Shown here in pieces: positions 18,936-28,399 of a stretch of DNA of 64,000 nt (within the stretch, counting starts at the first letter, position 1; each line of letters starts with the position of its first letter). The stretch lies in contig CAWCNY010000005.1 in assembly GCA_963797095.1 (NCBI GenBank), positions 320,001 through 384,000 of the forward strand, in the 5' to 3' direction. The DNA is from an uncultured Chloroflexia bacterium (GTDB lineage: Bacteria > Chloroflexota > Chloroflexia > QHBQ01 > JADMIH01). Below the pieces are notes generated by a model. It was given only the letters and a program-made list of their open reading frames with translations, was not told where the DNA came from and searched no databases. The translations under genes and the position numbers were made by a program.

Positions 18936-19842
18936 GTCGGTTGAGGTTCTTCCAGACCGCCTGCCATTGGGCTTCTTCGGCGGGCGTGGTGGTGCGCGCC
19001 CTTTGTCGCAGGAGGCGGTAGCGGAGGCCAGTGGCAACGGCGGCAACGTCTACAGAAGCCCTGAGAGCCTGGGCCGCGAGGCTGCGGACGGCGAGGAGCC
19101 ATTGGCCGTGGCGGCGAAAGTAGGCGAAGTAGCGCGTGGCGATGTTGCGCCGGCTTGTGATGAGTTTCTTGAGGTTGATCTGTTCCTCCCGGTAGCCCAG
19201 AAGGATTTCAGGCACGTTGGCGAACCTGCTTTTGCTATGAGCGCGTAACAGCAAGTCCTGGTCCTGGGAATATCCCATTGTCTGGTCATATTTGTTGGCG
19301 CGAAACCACTCGGCGCTTGCCATGAAGGTGGGGTGGACGATCAGGAAGCCGGAGTGTGGGTGGGAAGTGATGGCCTCGTGCTGTTCGGGGCCCGCGCGCT
19401 TGCCGAGGGGATTGCCGTCACGGTCGAATACGAGCACCCAGGAGCCGACGAGGTCTATACCGGGGTGCGATTGGAGGTAGGCAAGCTGGCGCTCAAGGCG
19501 CTGAGGGTATGCTACATCGTCACCATCCATGCGGGCGATGTAGGAGCCGCAGGCAGCTTCGATGGCCTCGTTGAGGCGATGTGCTAGGCCGAGGGAGCGC
19601 CCATCGGAGATGATCTTGATGCGTAGATCGTGGTAGGAGCGGGCGATCTCGAGGGTCCTATCCGTGGAGCCGTCATCGATCAGGAGTAGCTCCCAATTAA
19701 GGTAGGTCTGGTCGAGGATTGAGCGGATGGCCAGGTCGAGCGTGCGCTGGTTGTTGCGGACGGGCATGGCGATGGTGATTAGTGGAGAGTCAGGGGCAGG
19801 GTTCGCCACGGGGATGGGGAGGGTGTGCGTGAGAGGTTTCAT
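18928..19842 (-). CDS. GT2 glycosyltransferase
   Basis: IAMPVRN, IDDGSTD, ARMDGDD, QDQDL. Confidence 0.92.
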   Translation of the reverse strand: MKPLTHTLPIPVANPAPDSPLITIAMPVRNNQRTLDLAIRSILDQTYLNWELLLIDDGSTDRTLEIARSYHDLRIKIISDGRSLGLAHRLNEAIEAACGSYIARMDGDDVAYPQRLERQLAYLQSHPGIDLVGSWVLVFDRDGNPLGKRAGPEQHEAITSHPHSGFLIVHPTFMASAEWFRANKYDQTMGYSQDQDLLLRAHSKSRFANVPEILLGYREEQINLKKLITSRRNIATRYFAYFRRHGQWLLAVRSLAAQALRASVDVAAVATGLRYRLLRQRARTTTPAEEAQWQAVWKNLNRHD

Positions 19843-21218
19843 TCGCCCTGGTGGGAGGCGGGGCCAATCGAGCGCGTAGCTGTGCCGCCAAGCGAGGGTT
19901 GCGTGGGATTCGCGCCAGATACCTGGGGTTGTGAGATAGCGGGCACAGACCCGCGCAACAGGTCAAGAATAGCGCCTTTGCGAACGAACACATAGTGGAG
20001 GCCCATGCCCACAAGCGCCATCATCCCGAAGGTCAGCAAAATGGCTGGAAGGTTGTAGCCACAGAGCCAGAGGGCCGCAAGTCTGCTGGGGACCGCCAGG
20101 GTGGGCACGCGCAATTGCCAGCGATCGAGGATGCCCATCGCCAAACCGTAGACGATGAGGCCGGGCACTACGAGGAGGATACCGGCGTTGAGCATCAATT
20201 CCTCGATCATGCCAATGCCCAGGCCCCAATAGGTTTCTTCCGGCTCGGTGCCCGCCACGTAAGCGGTGTAGTAGTGGGCCGTTGAGACGCCTTTGAAGGG
20301 GACGATGGAGCGGGGGACGAAGAAGAGCGCGCTATAGACGTAACCCGACATAGGATAGGGCACTATTCGAGTGCCCCACGGCTCGGACTGCTCAAGGACA
20401 GTACGCAGAACGGGGGCGCGTGCCAGGTCGTTGGAGAGAGTTTCGGTGAGCAGTTCGGGGGTGCCGATGTCGGACTGAGCGTAGGCGAACTTGAAGAAGG
20501 AGAGGAGGATAGCCGCCGATACTACAAGGATAGCCAGGGCAGCAGCCAGGCGGGTGACAGTCATCTTGAAGCGGAAAAGGGCAAGCACGAGGAAGGGTAG
20601 GAGGATGGTGGTGCGCTGGCCGATCACTATTGTAGAGAGGACGGTGGCGACGGCAAGCGCCAGGCAAAGTATAGTGCCCTTCCAGGTGCGAGAGTCGCGC
20701 TGGATAACGTAGAACGCCAGGAAATGCAAAGGGAAGTAGAGGATGATTATGAACGGGCCCCAACTGCTTGTGACGTTCAGACGGGTGAGCCACACTGGAT
20801 TGCCACCAAGGGTTTCAAGGAGGCCGTAGAGGGAGAGGGGGACGGCTATGAGGGCGAGGAGCCAGTAGAACAGGCGGCGTCTTTCGGGCGCAATGGCGGT
20901 GATAGGCTCGGCGGGGAGGCGACGGCCCTCGCGATTGGTGAGCCAGGAGCCTAGATGTACAAGCCAGGGGCCGAGAGCGATAAAGAGGACTGAGAGCATA
21001 AATATAGAGTCGCGGGCACCCAGGAGGGGCAAGAACCAATCGCTTGTGTAGGGGATGCCGATCACCTCCATGAGAATGCCGATATCGTAGTAGAGGATGA
21101 AGGAGAGCACGGCAAAATCGGAGGTGGCTGGCCTCCTGTCGCTGAGCATGCTGGTCACGAAAGGTATCAAGGCCAGCCCATGCGATATGAAGATAATGGC
21201 TATGTCAATGATACGCAT
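19839..21218 (-). CDS. Probable Wzy polysaccharide polymerase
   Basis: About 10-11 TMs, GQRT loop, periplasmic loop ending FFVPRSIVPFKG; located in a Wzx/Wzz cluster. Confidence 0.75.
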   Translation of the reverse strand: MRIIDIAIIFISHGLALIPFVTSMLSDRRPATSDFAVLSFILYYDIGILMEVIGIPYTSDWFLPLLGARDSIFMLSVLFIALGPWLVHLGSWLTNREGRRLPAEPITAIAPERRRLFYWLLALIAVPLSLYGLLETLGGNPVWLTRLNVTSSWGPFIIILYFPLHFLAFYVIQRDSRTWKGTILCLALAVATVLSTIVIGQRTTILLPFLVLALFRFKMTVTRLAAALAILVVSAAILLSFFKFAYAQSDIGTPELLTETLSNDLARAPVLRTVLEQSEPWGTRIVPYPMSGYVYSALFFVPRSIVPFKGVSTAHYYTAYVAGTEPEETYWGLGIGMIEELMLNAGILLVVPGLIVYGLAMGILDRWQLRVPTLAVPSRLAALWLCGYNLPAILLTFGMMALVGMGLHYVFVRKGAILDLLRGSVPAISQPQVSGANPTQPSLGGTATRSIGPASHQGE

Positions 21219-22425
21219 CGCTTGTTCGGGCACGCGTCCGGGCCAGGGGGAGGTCACGTGAGGAGGATGCCCAGGCGCGAGCATAGAAATCGGTCAATTC
21301 GTGCACACTGCTTTCGATGGCGAAGGGGCTGGAAGCAACACGCTCCAGGGCCTCGCGCCGGGTGGGAAGTGAGGGTTGGGTGGCGACTGATAGCACGGTT
21401 TCGGCCCAGGCGGAGGCGGGATCTTGAAGAGACATAGTATCGACCAGTGAGGGGACAACAATGGCCTCTTGAGGAACCGTGTCGGATGCCACACAGGGCA
21501 AGCCTGCTGCCTGGGCCTCTACAAGGCTCAGGCCGAGACCTTCATCTATGGAAGGGAAGAGGAAGAGGTCCATCGCCCCTACGAGCAAACGCGGAATGTC
21601 GGGGCGCGAATGGGCGAATATTATCCTGTCCGAGATGCCGTACTGTGCAGCCAACTGCTCGATCTGGGGAAGGAGAGGGCCTTCCCCGACGAGAAGGAAG
21701 CGTGCTCTCGGTTCGCGTCGGGAGAGTTCCGAGGCGATTTGCAACAGGAATTTGTGGTTCTTCTGCTCCGTGAACCTGCCTACATGGCCGATAACAAGGT
21801 CGGTGGGACCAAGACCTAGCTCGGCACGTACAGTTGCTGCGTCACCGGTTGAACGGAAGGGTTCGATATCGATGCCGCAGTAGAGAACGCGCCAGCGGGG
21901 GTCGGCCTGCCAGTTGGGGCCGAAGAGGGCGCTGGCGGCAGGGCGGCTGGCCGCAAGGCCTGCGGTTGCGTAGCGGGCCACCCAACGTTCGGTCAGGGAG
22001 AGATAGAGGCGGCGTGGGAGCGACCCGCTCCCTGTGTGGGTGCGAGTGTTGAGGCTGTGGCTATGGGCGAGCCTCACGGGTACGCCCGACCGGCTAGCCA
22101 GGCGGAGAATGTAGCCGCTGAAGTGGTGTACGTGGCTGTGGATGATATCGTAGGGGCCGGACTCGGCCAGGATGCGAAGAAAGTTGCGGCGATATAGCCA
22201 GGGGCGCGACGCGCCGGGGCACGGCAGGACCTTGGAGCCGAGGGCGCGTACTTCGTCGTCGTAAGCGCCGAGCTGTTCCGAATGGACCAGGAAGTCGATT
22301 TGGAAGCGTTCGCGGTCGATATGGCGCAGGACGCGCAGAAGCCAGGTCTCGGTGCCGCCGGGATTGAGGGCGCCGACCACGTGGAGGATACGCAACGGTT
22401 TGTCTGTAGATATTTGCGCTTGCAT
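21205..22425 (-). CDS. GT4 glycosyltransferase (EpsF-like)
   Basis: RILHVVGALNPGGTETWL, GHVGRFTEQKNH, PSIDEGLGLSLVEAQAAG. Confidence 0.92.
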   Translation of the reverse strand: MQAQISTDKPLRILHVVGALNPGGTETWLLRVLRHIDRERFQIDFLVHSEQLGAYDDEVRALGSKVLPCPGASRPWLYRRNFLRILAESGPYDIIHSHVHHFSGYILRLASRSGVPVRLAHSHSLNTRTHTGSGSLPRRLYLSLTERWVARYATAGLAASRPAASALFGPNWQADPRWRVLYCGIDIEPFRSTGDAATVRAELGLGPTDLVIGHVGRFTEQKNHKFLLQIASELSRREPRARFLLVGEGPLLPQIEQLAAQYGISDRIIFAHSRPDIPRLLVGAMDLFLFPSIDEGLGLSLVEAQAAGLPCVASDTVPQEAIVVPSLVDTMSLQDPASAWAETVLSVATQPSLPTRREALERVASSPFAIESSVHELTDFYARAWASSSRDLPLARTRARTSDAYH

Positions 22426-22453
22426 AGCTATCAGGACCCCATTGTACCGCACA

Positions 22454-23485
22454 TCATGCGGCAATGCGCGACCAGATGGTGCAGAAGTTGGCCCCATCAA
22501 GAGGGTATTTGTGGTGGAGTTGGTGGGAGAGACGGGACCATTTTGCGGGCAGTTCCTCTTCGTGAAACATGCCCATGAAGGCGTAGGTCTCAAGCCAGCG
22601 ACGGGACCAAAGCCCGGCAAAGTCGCGTTCGAGCTTTTCGAAATCGAGGCCACGCCCCGAAGCCGCCTCGGTGGCAGAGTGAGCTACGTGGAAGTCTACA
22701 AGGCGCTGGATGATCACGGGAGGCGGCTGCTGGGAAAAGAGGCCCTGGCGGTGTGCCTCTCGCGCGGTCTGGAGGGAGGGGTTGCTGCGGCGGCCCAGGG
22801 CTATTCCAAGTCTTGTGATGTAGAGGTCGGGCGCGAAGAAGCGCCGCCAGCGTCGCTCACGCAGATAGGCTTCGTAGGTTGCCAGACATTCGGGATTGGC
22901 GTAGAAGCGGCTGGAAGGCTCGTGGCCTGCGATCCAGTAAGCGTCTTGAGTGAGGAGCGGGAGGAGAGAGTTGATGTCGCCTGTGGGGTCGGGCAGGTGG
23001 TGGAGGAGGGAATTGGTGGTGAGGAGATTGAACATAGCGCCCTGGATTGACGATCTGAGAACCTCCAGGTCATCGAAGAAAAAGGCGTCCGGGAAAATAG
23101 GGGCGATGCGGGTGCGGCATCGCTCAAGCATCTCTGGAGAGGGATCGTAGCAGACAAGGGAGGCTATCCTGTCATGTGGGACGTTTGTCAGGAGTTGCTC
23201 GGCCTCGAAGCCTGTGCCGCATCCGAAATCGAGGATGCGCCAGGTATCGGAGGTGGTATGCGACGTGACGAAGGAGACCATTTTCTTCCAGAGAGGCGGT
23301 AACTGTGAGGCGATTTCGGGGTGACGGCGGTCGTAGTCATGGGCCTCGAACGCGTGGTAGATTCGGTTTACTTCGAGGACGAGGGTGGTTATATCGGTTT
23401 GAGGACCGTATGGGGCAAGGAGGCGAGCGATATATTCTCTGTTGGCCTGGGTGGGGGGTGCGGTTTGTTGTGATAATGGGTTCAT
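22454..23485 (-). CDS. Class I SAM-dependent methyltransferase
   Basis: ILDFGCGTG, DPSPEML, SLLHHLPD. Confidence 0.88.
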   Translation of the reverse strand: MNPLSQQTAPPTQANREYIARLLAPYGPQTDITTLVLEVNRIYHAFEAHDYDRRHPEIASQLPPLWKKMVSFVTSHTTSDTWRILDFGCGTGFEAEQLLTNVPHDRIASLVCYDPSPEMLERCRTRIAPIFPDAFFFDDLEVLRSSIQGAMFNLLTTNSLLHHLPDPTGDINSLLPLLTQDAYWIAGHEPSSRFYANPECLATYEAYLRERRWRRFFAPDLYITRLGIALGRRSNPSLQTAREAHRQGLFSQQPPPVIIQRLVDFHVAHSATEAASGRGLDFEKLERDFAGLWSRRWLETYAFMGMFHEEELPAKWSRLSHQLHHKYPLDGANFCTIWSRIAA

Positions 23486-23491
23486 ATGAGA

Positions 23492-24820
23492 TCAGACTAG
23501 CAACAGGGCGTAGGCCAGCACTCCCACTGAGGAAGAAATAGTGGTCGAGATAGCTGCGCCCCACAGGCCGTAGGCCGGAATAAGCGCGTAGCATGAGATG
23601 ATGGAGGCCAGCACGATGGCGACGAGCGCGATGGGCTGGTAGCCGATCCTGCGCCGGGCAGTGGCCGCGTAGCCCAGGACCGAGGTGATATACCAGAGAC
23701 CTGCGCCAAGCATCACCCACACGAATACATCAGCGCGTGCTCCATATTCAGGAGAGTAGAGGATCGTGAGCACTTCGCGCCCGGCGATGATGGCGACCAG
23801 GACACCGGTTGCGCCTATGATGATGCTCAAGGCCAGGAGTTTGCCGGTGAGCGAACGGAAGGCACGGCTGTCGCTACCGGCGTGGTAAAAAGCCAATCGT
23901 GGCGAAGCGGCCTGACCGACCGCGCTGATGACGGTCGTACCCGCGACCATGAGGTAGGTAATGGCGGTGAAGATGCCGAGGTCGGATTCTGTGCGGAAGT
24001 ATTCGATGAAGTAGCGCGGGATGTTGGTGTTAAGGGAGATAAGGAGCATCGCGACACCCAGCGGCAGCGAGAGCCAGGCCAGCCGAAGGAGGCGGGTTGG
24101 GTGCCATGATGCCCGCAGGGCAATGGTATTAGCAGACTCGGGCGATAGAGAGGTGCCGTGTTGCTGCGCCTGTATCGAGTTGCGGAGCACGGATGTTGCC
24201 ACCCTGATATCGTAGCTGGCGAGTACGATTGCCCAGGCGGTGGCAAGGCCCACCGCGCCCCAGAAGACGCTGCCGGTGATGGCTACACCCAGGCCCAGGG
24301 CTACCAGGGAGAGGGTGCCCTTGACCATCATTGAAATGGCGATGCGATCCATACGTTCACGTTGTTGTAGCAGACCGTAAAAGACATCGCTGATAAACTC
24401 GAAGGTCTTGGCAAGGCCCACCATGAGGATGATCCCGGCTGTTTCGCCGGTGTACCCGCCCACCAGCACCAGGGCTATGATTACGAGCAAAGCGAGGAGG
24501 GACATTACGAGGCGCAGGCCAAGATATTCGTCGAAGGCGTATTGGTGGCGGGCGTCGGTAGCCTGCACCTGGCGCAGTTGGAGATTGGTGAAGAGGAGGA
24601 TGGGCGCAGTTAGGGCCAGAGCCAGGCCAAACTGACCGACCATGGAGGTTGTGCCGAGTTTGGCGAGCACCACAAGCATAGCCCACTGGCAGCCTGCGTA
24701 TACGACGTTGCCGGCCAGCGTCCATGCAATGTTGGCTCGCAGGGAGAGACGTATTGCCGGTCGGAGTGAAGTGCTACCTGCCGCCACGTCTTCCTGCGGA
24801 GCCGTCAGTAGATCAGCCAT
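23492..24820 (-). CDS. Wzx-type oligosaccharide flippase (CapF-like)
   Basis: About 12 TMs; NIAWTLAGNVVYAGCQW, LNTNIPRYFIE, LIPAYGLWGAA. Confidence 0.9.
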   Translation of the reverse strand: MADLLTAPQEDVAAGSTSLRPAIRLSLRANIAWTLAGNVVYAGCQWAMLVVLAKLGTTSMVGQFGLALALTAPILLFTNLQLRQVQATDARHQYAFDEYLGLRLVMSLLALLVIIALVLVGGYTGETAGIILMVGLAKTFEFISDVFYGLLQQRERMDRIAISMMVKGTLSLVALGLGVAITGSVFWGAVGLATAWAIVLASYDIRVATSVLRNSIQAQQHGTSLSPESANTIALRASWHPTRLLRLAWLSLPLGVAMLLISLNTNIPRYFIEYFRTESDLGIFTAITYLMVAGTTVISAVGQAASPRLAFYHAGSDSRAFRSLTGKLLALSIIIGATGVLVAIIAGREVLTILYSPEYGARADVFVWVMLGAGLWYITSVLGYAATARRRIGYQPIALVAIVLASIISCYALIPAYGLWGAAISTTISSSVGVLAYALLLV

Positions 24821-24849
24821 ACGTGTGCTTGACGCCTAATCGCTTATGC

Positions 24850-26322
24850 TCACCCGTTGCTATTGGCGGGCGCTACCCTCTCGCTGCTTCTGCGGAAGCG
24901 ATTCTTGAAGGCGGAGTTGGTGCTGAAATTGGGCCGCCAGAGATGTAGGAGGTAGGCCAGGATAATGCCCAGCACCACTGCCAGCAGGAGACCCTGACCA
25001 ACCGTTAGCAGTATCAATCGGGTGGTGCTGCGCGAGCTTGCAGCCTCCAGTTCATTGGCGGGCGAGGCAACATCTACGATGCGACTTATCACTTCGTTGA
25101 CCTGTTGTTCAGCAAGGCGGTTACGCAACAGGTCGTAAGTGCTCTGGCGCAGGTCCCTGGTCTTTTGAAGTTGATCCTTCTGGAAGATAAGTTGCTCGAT
25201 CTGGCTTTCCAACTCATTGCGCCGCTTGATCTGCTCTACAAGGTCGGCGGGTACATTGCTGATAGTACCGGCGGTAGGGGCAGGCAGAGGTGCCTGTAGC
25301 TCGGTATCCAGTTGCTGGACCTGGAGTTGGAGGTCCTCTTGCAGCTTTTGGGCGGCTGCGAGGGCCGCGTCAATCTCGGACAACTGATTCGCTTTGGTGA
25401 GAGTTGTGGCAGTATTATTGCCAATGTTGAACTGCAACTGCAAATCAGCACCCGCATTGGCGGCAGCCATTTTGTTTTGCAAGACGATAAGGCTGATCTG
25501 ATTTCCGTAGAGGACATCGGGCTGATCGGGGCCTTGCTCTATGCGGGTACGTAGCGCCTGGATCTCGGTAGTGGTCTGGGCCAGGCTGTAGACCGAGGTA
25601 TAGGCGTCGGCGAGTTTATCTTGTGCCGCTGCGCGCTCGGAATTGTAGAGCACAAACTGGGTATTGGTATAGCTTTCGGTAGCAGAAGTGATGAAGCTGT
25701 TGGTTTGCGCGAGTTCTTGCTTCAAGCTGTTGAGCTGGCTATCTGCAAGGAACTCTTGCAACTCGTTCTCAGCGGTGGTTAGCTCTTTCTGGGATTCGTC
25801 AAGCGCATCGCTCACTCGTGAGGAGGAGACCGCGTAAAGGTGGTTTACTTTGGTGACTGCTTCGGCTCCCCAGTTATTCGCCAGCCAGGTAGCCGCCTTA
25901 GGAGTGTCGGCCTGTGCCGAAATATAGATGAGATCACCCTTCACTTCCACCTGGGTCGCCCCGGCGAGGGCCAGGACGTCGGTCGTACCCAACGGCTGTA
26001 TGTCGGGGTCAGTGCTGGCGCGAGCATCAGCAACAACTGCTTCCGCCACATCAACTGAGGACATTAGAGCTTGCAGGTTGCGTACCTCGCGGTTGGGGTC
26101 TATATCGTTGGCCTGAAAATCGGCCTGACCGGTCAACACCAGCCGATCACTGCCATTGCCCTTGAATAAGAGAACGGCCTGAGCTTCATAAGGAAGCAAA
26201 TGTCCGTATGACAGGGCAGTTATCAAACCTCCCACAACCGCGACCGCCGCCAATAATATGATAAGCAGGCTATGTTTGCTCAGCGGGCGCAGATAGTACC
26301 CGATCCCTTGTCCATCTGGCAT
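24850..26322 (-). CDS. Wzz/GumC-type chain-length determinant
   Basis: N- and C-terminal TM segments flanking a long coiled coil; YEAQAVL motif; first gene of the cluster. Confidence 0.8.
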   Translation of the reverse strand: MPDGQGIGYYLRPLSKHSLLIILLAAVAVVGGLITALSYGHLLPYEAQAVLLFKGNGSDRLVLTGQADFQANDIDPNREVRNLQALMSSVDVAEAVVADARASTDPDIQPLGTTDVLALAGATQVEVKGDLIYISAQADTPKAATWLANNWGAEAVTKVNHLYAVSSSRVSDALDESQKELTTAENELQEFLADSQLNSLKQELAQTNSFITSATESYTNTQFVLYNSERAAAQDKLADAYTSVYSLAQTTTEIQALRTRIEQGPDQPDVLYGNQISLIVLQNKMAAANAGADLQLQFNIGNNTATTLTKANQLSEIDAALAAAQKLQEDLQLQVQQLDTELQAPLPAPTAGTISNVPADLVEQIKRRNELESQIEQLIFQKDQLQKTRDLRQSTYDLLRNRLAEQQVNEVISRIVDVASPANELEAASSRSTTRLILLTVGQGLLLAVVLGIILAYLLHLWRPNFSTNSAFKNRFRRSSERVAPANSNG

Positions 26323-26483
26323 ATTAAAGAGTTGTCCTTCCTCCTGATTCTGTAACCCGCCGGGCGTTTGTACCCCAGCTAGTATACCATATCGTACTGG
26401 ATCATACGGACGGTGGAGAACACAAGCAATTCAAGGCAAGACCCGAAGACGATGAAATGAGAGATAAGATTTCGGGACTGTCT

Positions 26484-26520
26484 AAAAGAGCAGAATGGAC
26501 GGCCTGGCCGTCCATTCTGC
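26484..26520 (-). terminator. Intrinsic terminator after Gly-rich gene copy 1
   Basis: GCAGAATGGACGGCC-T-GGCCGTCCATTCTGC perfect inverted repeat followed by TCTTTT on the minus strand. Confidence 0.85.
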
Positions 26521-26570
26521 TTGCTCTGCTCGCTTAGACACAGCTATGCGGAGAACTGCGCCATACAGGT

Positions 26571-28025
26571 TTAGTCCTGAGGCTGGCCGGGAGTAACCAC
26601 AGCAGGAGCGATTACCGGAGCATCGGGTACATCGTACACCGATCCGCCTGTCGTCGGGGCTGGCATCGCTGGCGCCATCCTCTCCGTCTCATGCCCTGTC
26701 CTCAATGCGTCTATCCTCCAGTCGAAACTGAAGTTCCCTGTCCCCTTCCCTAGCTCCCTCACCTCAAAGCTCGTGGCCGTCTTGTTGACGACCGCCAGGC
26801 CAAGAGTATCAGCCGAGCCGGGGGTAACGAAAACCTGATATGTGGAGTTGAGGTTTACACCGGCGGCGTACACAGGGTCGATGTTGATCACCGCTCGTCC
26901 ATTCACCAACTGCGCTGTCCCCTGGTCACTGTACACGTTCTGCGTAAACTCCACAGCGTACATCTGCCTCTCTGACCCGTCCGACTGCTTCACCGAGCTG
27001 CAGCATGTCCCTGTCACATGCAGGTTGCCTGTCACATACACATGCCCGTATGTGTTGGGGAGACTGCCTGTGATCAGTGCGTAGTAGGAGGAGTTGCGGG
27101 TGTAGAAGCGTGCACCCTCGGTGGTGTTGGAGCCCATAACTCCACCAGGGCCGTTGGCCGAGTAGCCGTAGAAGCCCGAGCCTGAGCCTGAGTTGGACCC
27201 AAAGAGAGCCACACCTGTGGAGGAGGTGCCATACACACCGTTACCTGAGGAGCTTATGCCATACACCCCATAGTTGGTCCCGTTGCCGTAAACTCCGATA
27301 TTGCCACTGGTGCCGTACACTCCATAGCTACCTGAGCCACTACCAGTGCCGTATACGCCCTTTCCACCTGTGCTACCGGAGCCATACACTCCTATGTACC
27401 CGCCGCTGGTGCCGTATACACCAAGACCTGAGGCGCTAGACCCATAGACACCCCAGCCGCTACCATTCTGAGAGCCCCACACACCGATGCCACTGCCGCT
27501 CGTGCCGTTGTTTTGGCCGCGCACACCGGTGCTGGACCCACCTGGGGATGTAGGCGTTACCTCACCATAGATCGCGTATGCGCTGCCTGTTGTGGAAACA
27601 GTATTCCCGTAGACAGCGGCATTAGCAGCGCCTGCACCTGTGGTTCCCAGGTGCTGGGCATAGACGCCTCGACCATTGGTAGATTGCGCCCAGAGCGCCG
27701 TGCCGTTGGTCGCAGATGACTGGTAAGCACGTAGCGAGACGGAACCGTCTGTGGAGCTGCTGGAGGTAAAGTACCAGGCACCGGCACCGGAGCTGCCATA
27801 GGAGCTGGAAAAGTTGGTAATGCCTGTGCCGCTGTTGCTGGTATCGCCCTGGAGGGCATAGGCGTCGGGTGAGTTGGTGACTTGCTGGCCGTTGGCATCG
27901 CCGGAGGCAGAGCCGGAGCCTTTGGGGGTGGCCGCGAAGCCTGGGGTAGCCAGGGCTGCGATAGCCAGTACCGAGATAAGGATAGTCAGTAGCCGAATGC
28001 GCTTGTGCGAGATACGTGCAAACAT
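26571..28025 (-). CDS. Secreted Gly/Ser-rich GVYG-repeat protein with a phage tail-like C-terminal domain (copy 1)
   Basis: Signal peptide ending GFA-A; many GVYG repeats; C-terminal DQGTAQLVNGRAVINIDP...YQVFVTP...FDWRIDALRTG. Confidence 0.85.
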   Translation of the reverse strand: MFARISHKRIRLLTILISVLAIAALATPGFAATPKGSGSASGDANGQQVTNSPDAYALQGDTSNSGTGITNFSSSYGSSGAGAWYFTSSSSTDGSVSLRAYQSSATNGTALWAQSTNGRGVYAQHLGTTGAGAANAAVYGNTVSTTGSAYAIYGEVTPTSPGGSSTGVRGQNNGTSGSGIGVWGSQNGSGWGVYGSSASGLGVYGTSGGYIGVYGSGSTGGKGVYGTGSGSGSYGVYGTSGNIGVYGNGTNYGVYGISSSGNGVYGTSSTGVALFGSNSGSGSGFYGYSANGPGGVMGSNTTEGARFYTRNSSYYALITGSLPNTYGHVYVTGNLHVTGTCCSSVKQSDGSERQMYAVEFTQNVYSDQGTAQLVNGRAVINIDPVYAAGVNLNSTYQVFVTPGSADTLGLAVVNKTATSFEVRELGKGTGNFSFDWRIDALRTGHETERMAPAMPAPTTGGSVYDVPDAPVIAPAVVTPGQPQD

Positions 28026-28162
28026 GGTCTCTCCTTTCGATTGCGTAGTCCGGCAGCACGAGGAACTTAGCTAGTTTGTCCCCATCAGGATGCTGCCTAA
28101 CAACTATCTGCAACTCCGGATCTGCTACTACGAGGCGTAACGCGGACTCGACGGCCTGATGC

Positions 28163-28195
28163 TAGATTAAACCATAAAGTTAGCAATAATGGAAG
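28163..28195 (-). promoter_or_regulatory. Promoter of copy 1
   Basis: TTCCAT, 17 bp, TTTAAT with a TG extension; same architecture at 30147-30179. Confidence 0.6.
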
Positions 28196-28323
28196 CCCCT
28201 AAACAGGTTACCTTCACCAAATGTGAATTTTATCAGGATGTACATAGCGCCCACCTTCGTTTACCGGAGCGCACAGCCTGATCATCAACCTGGCTAGGAT
28301 CATAACCCCTTACGGAAGCCCAA

Positions 28324-28350
28324 GTAGGGACGGGTTTGAAACCCGTCCCT
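28324..28350 (+). repeat. GTAG-type REP-like palindrome
   Basis: GTAGGGACGGGTTT-G-AAACCCGTCCCT. Confidence 0.75.
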
Positions 28351-28399
28351 GAGGTAATCCCTGAGCTAAATTGTATGCGTGGGCTATAGAAGGTCTAGC

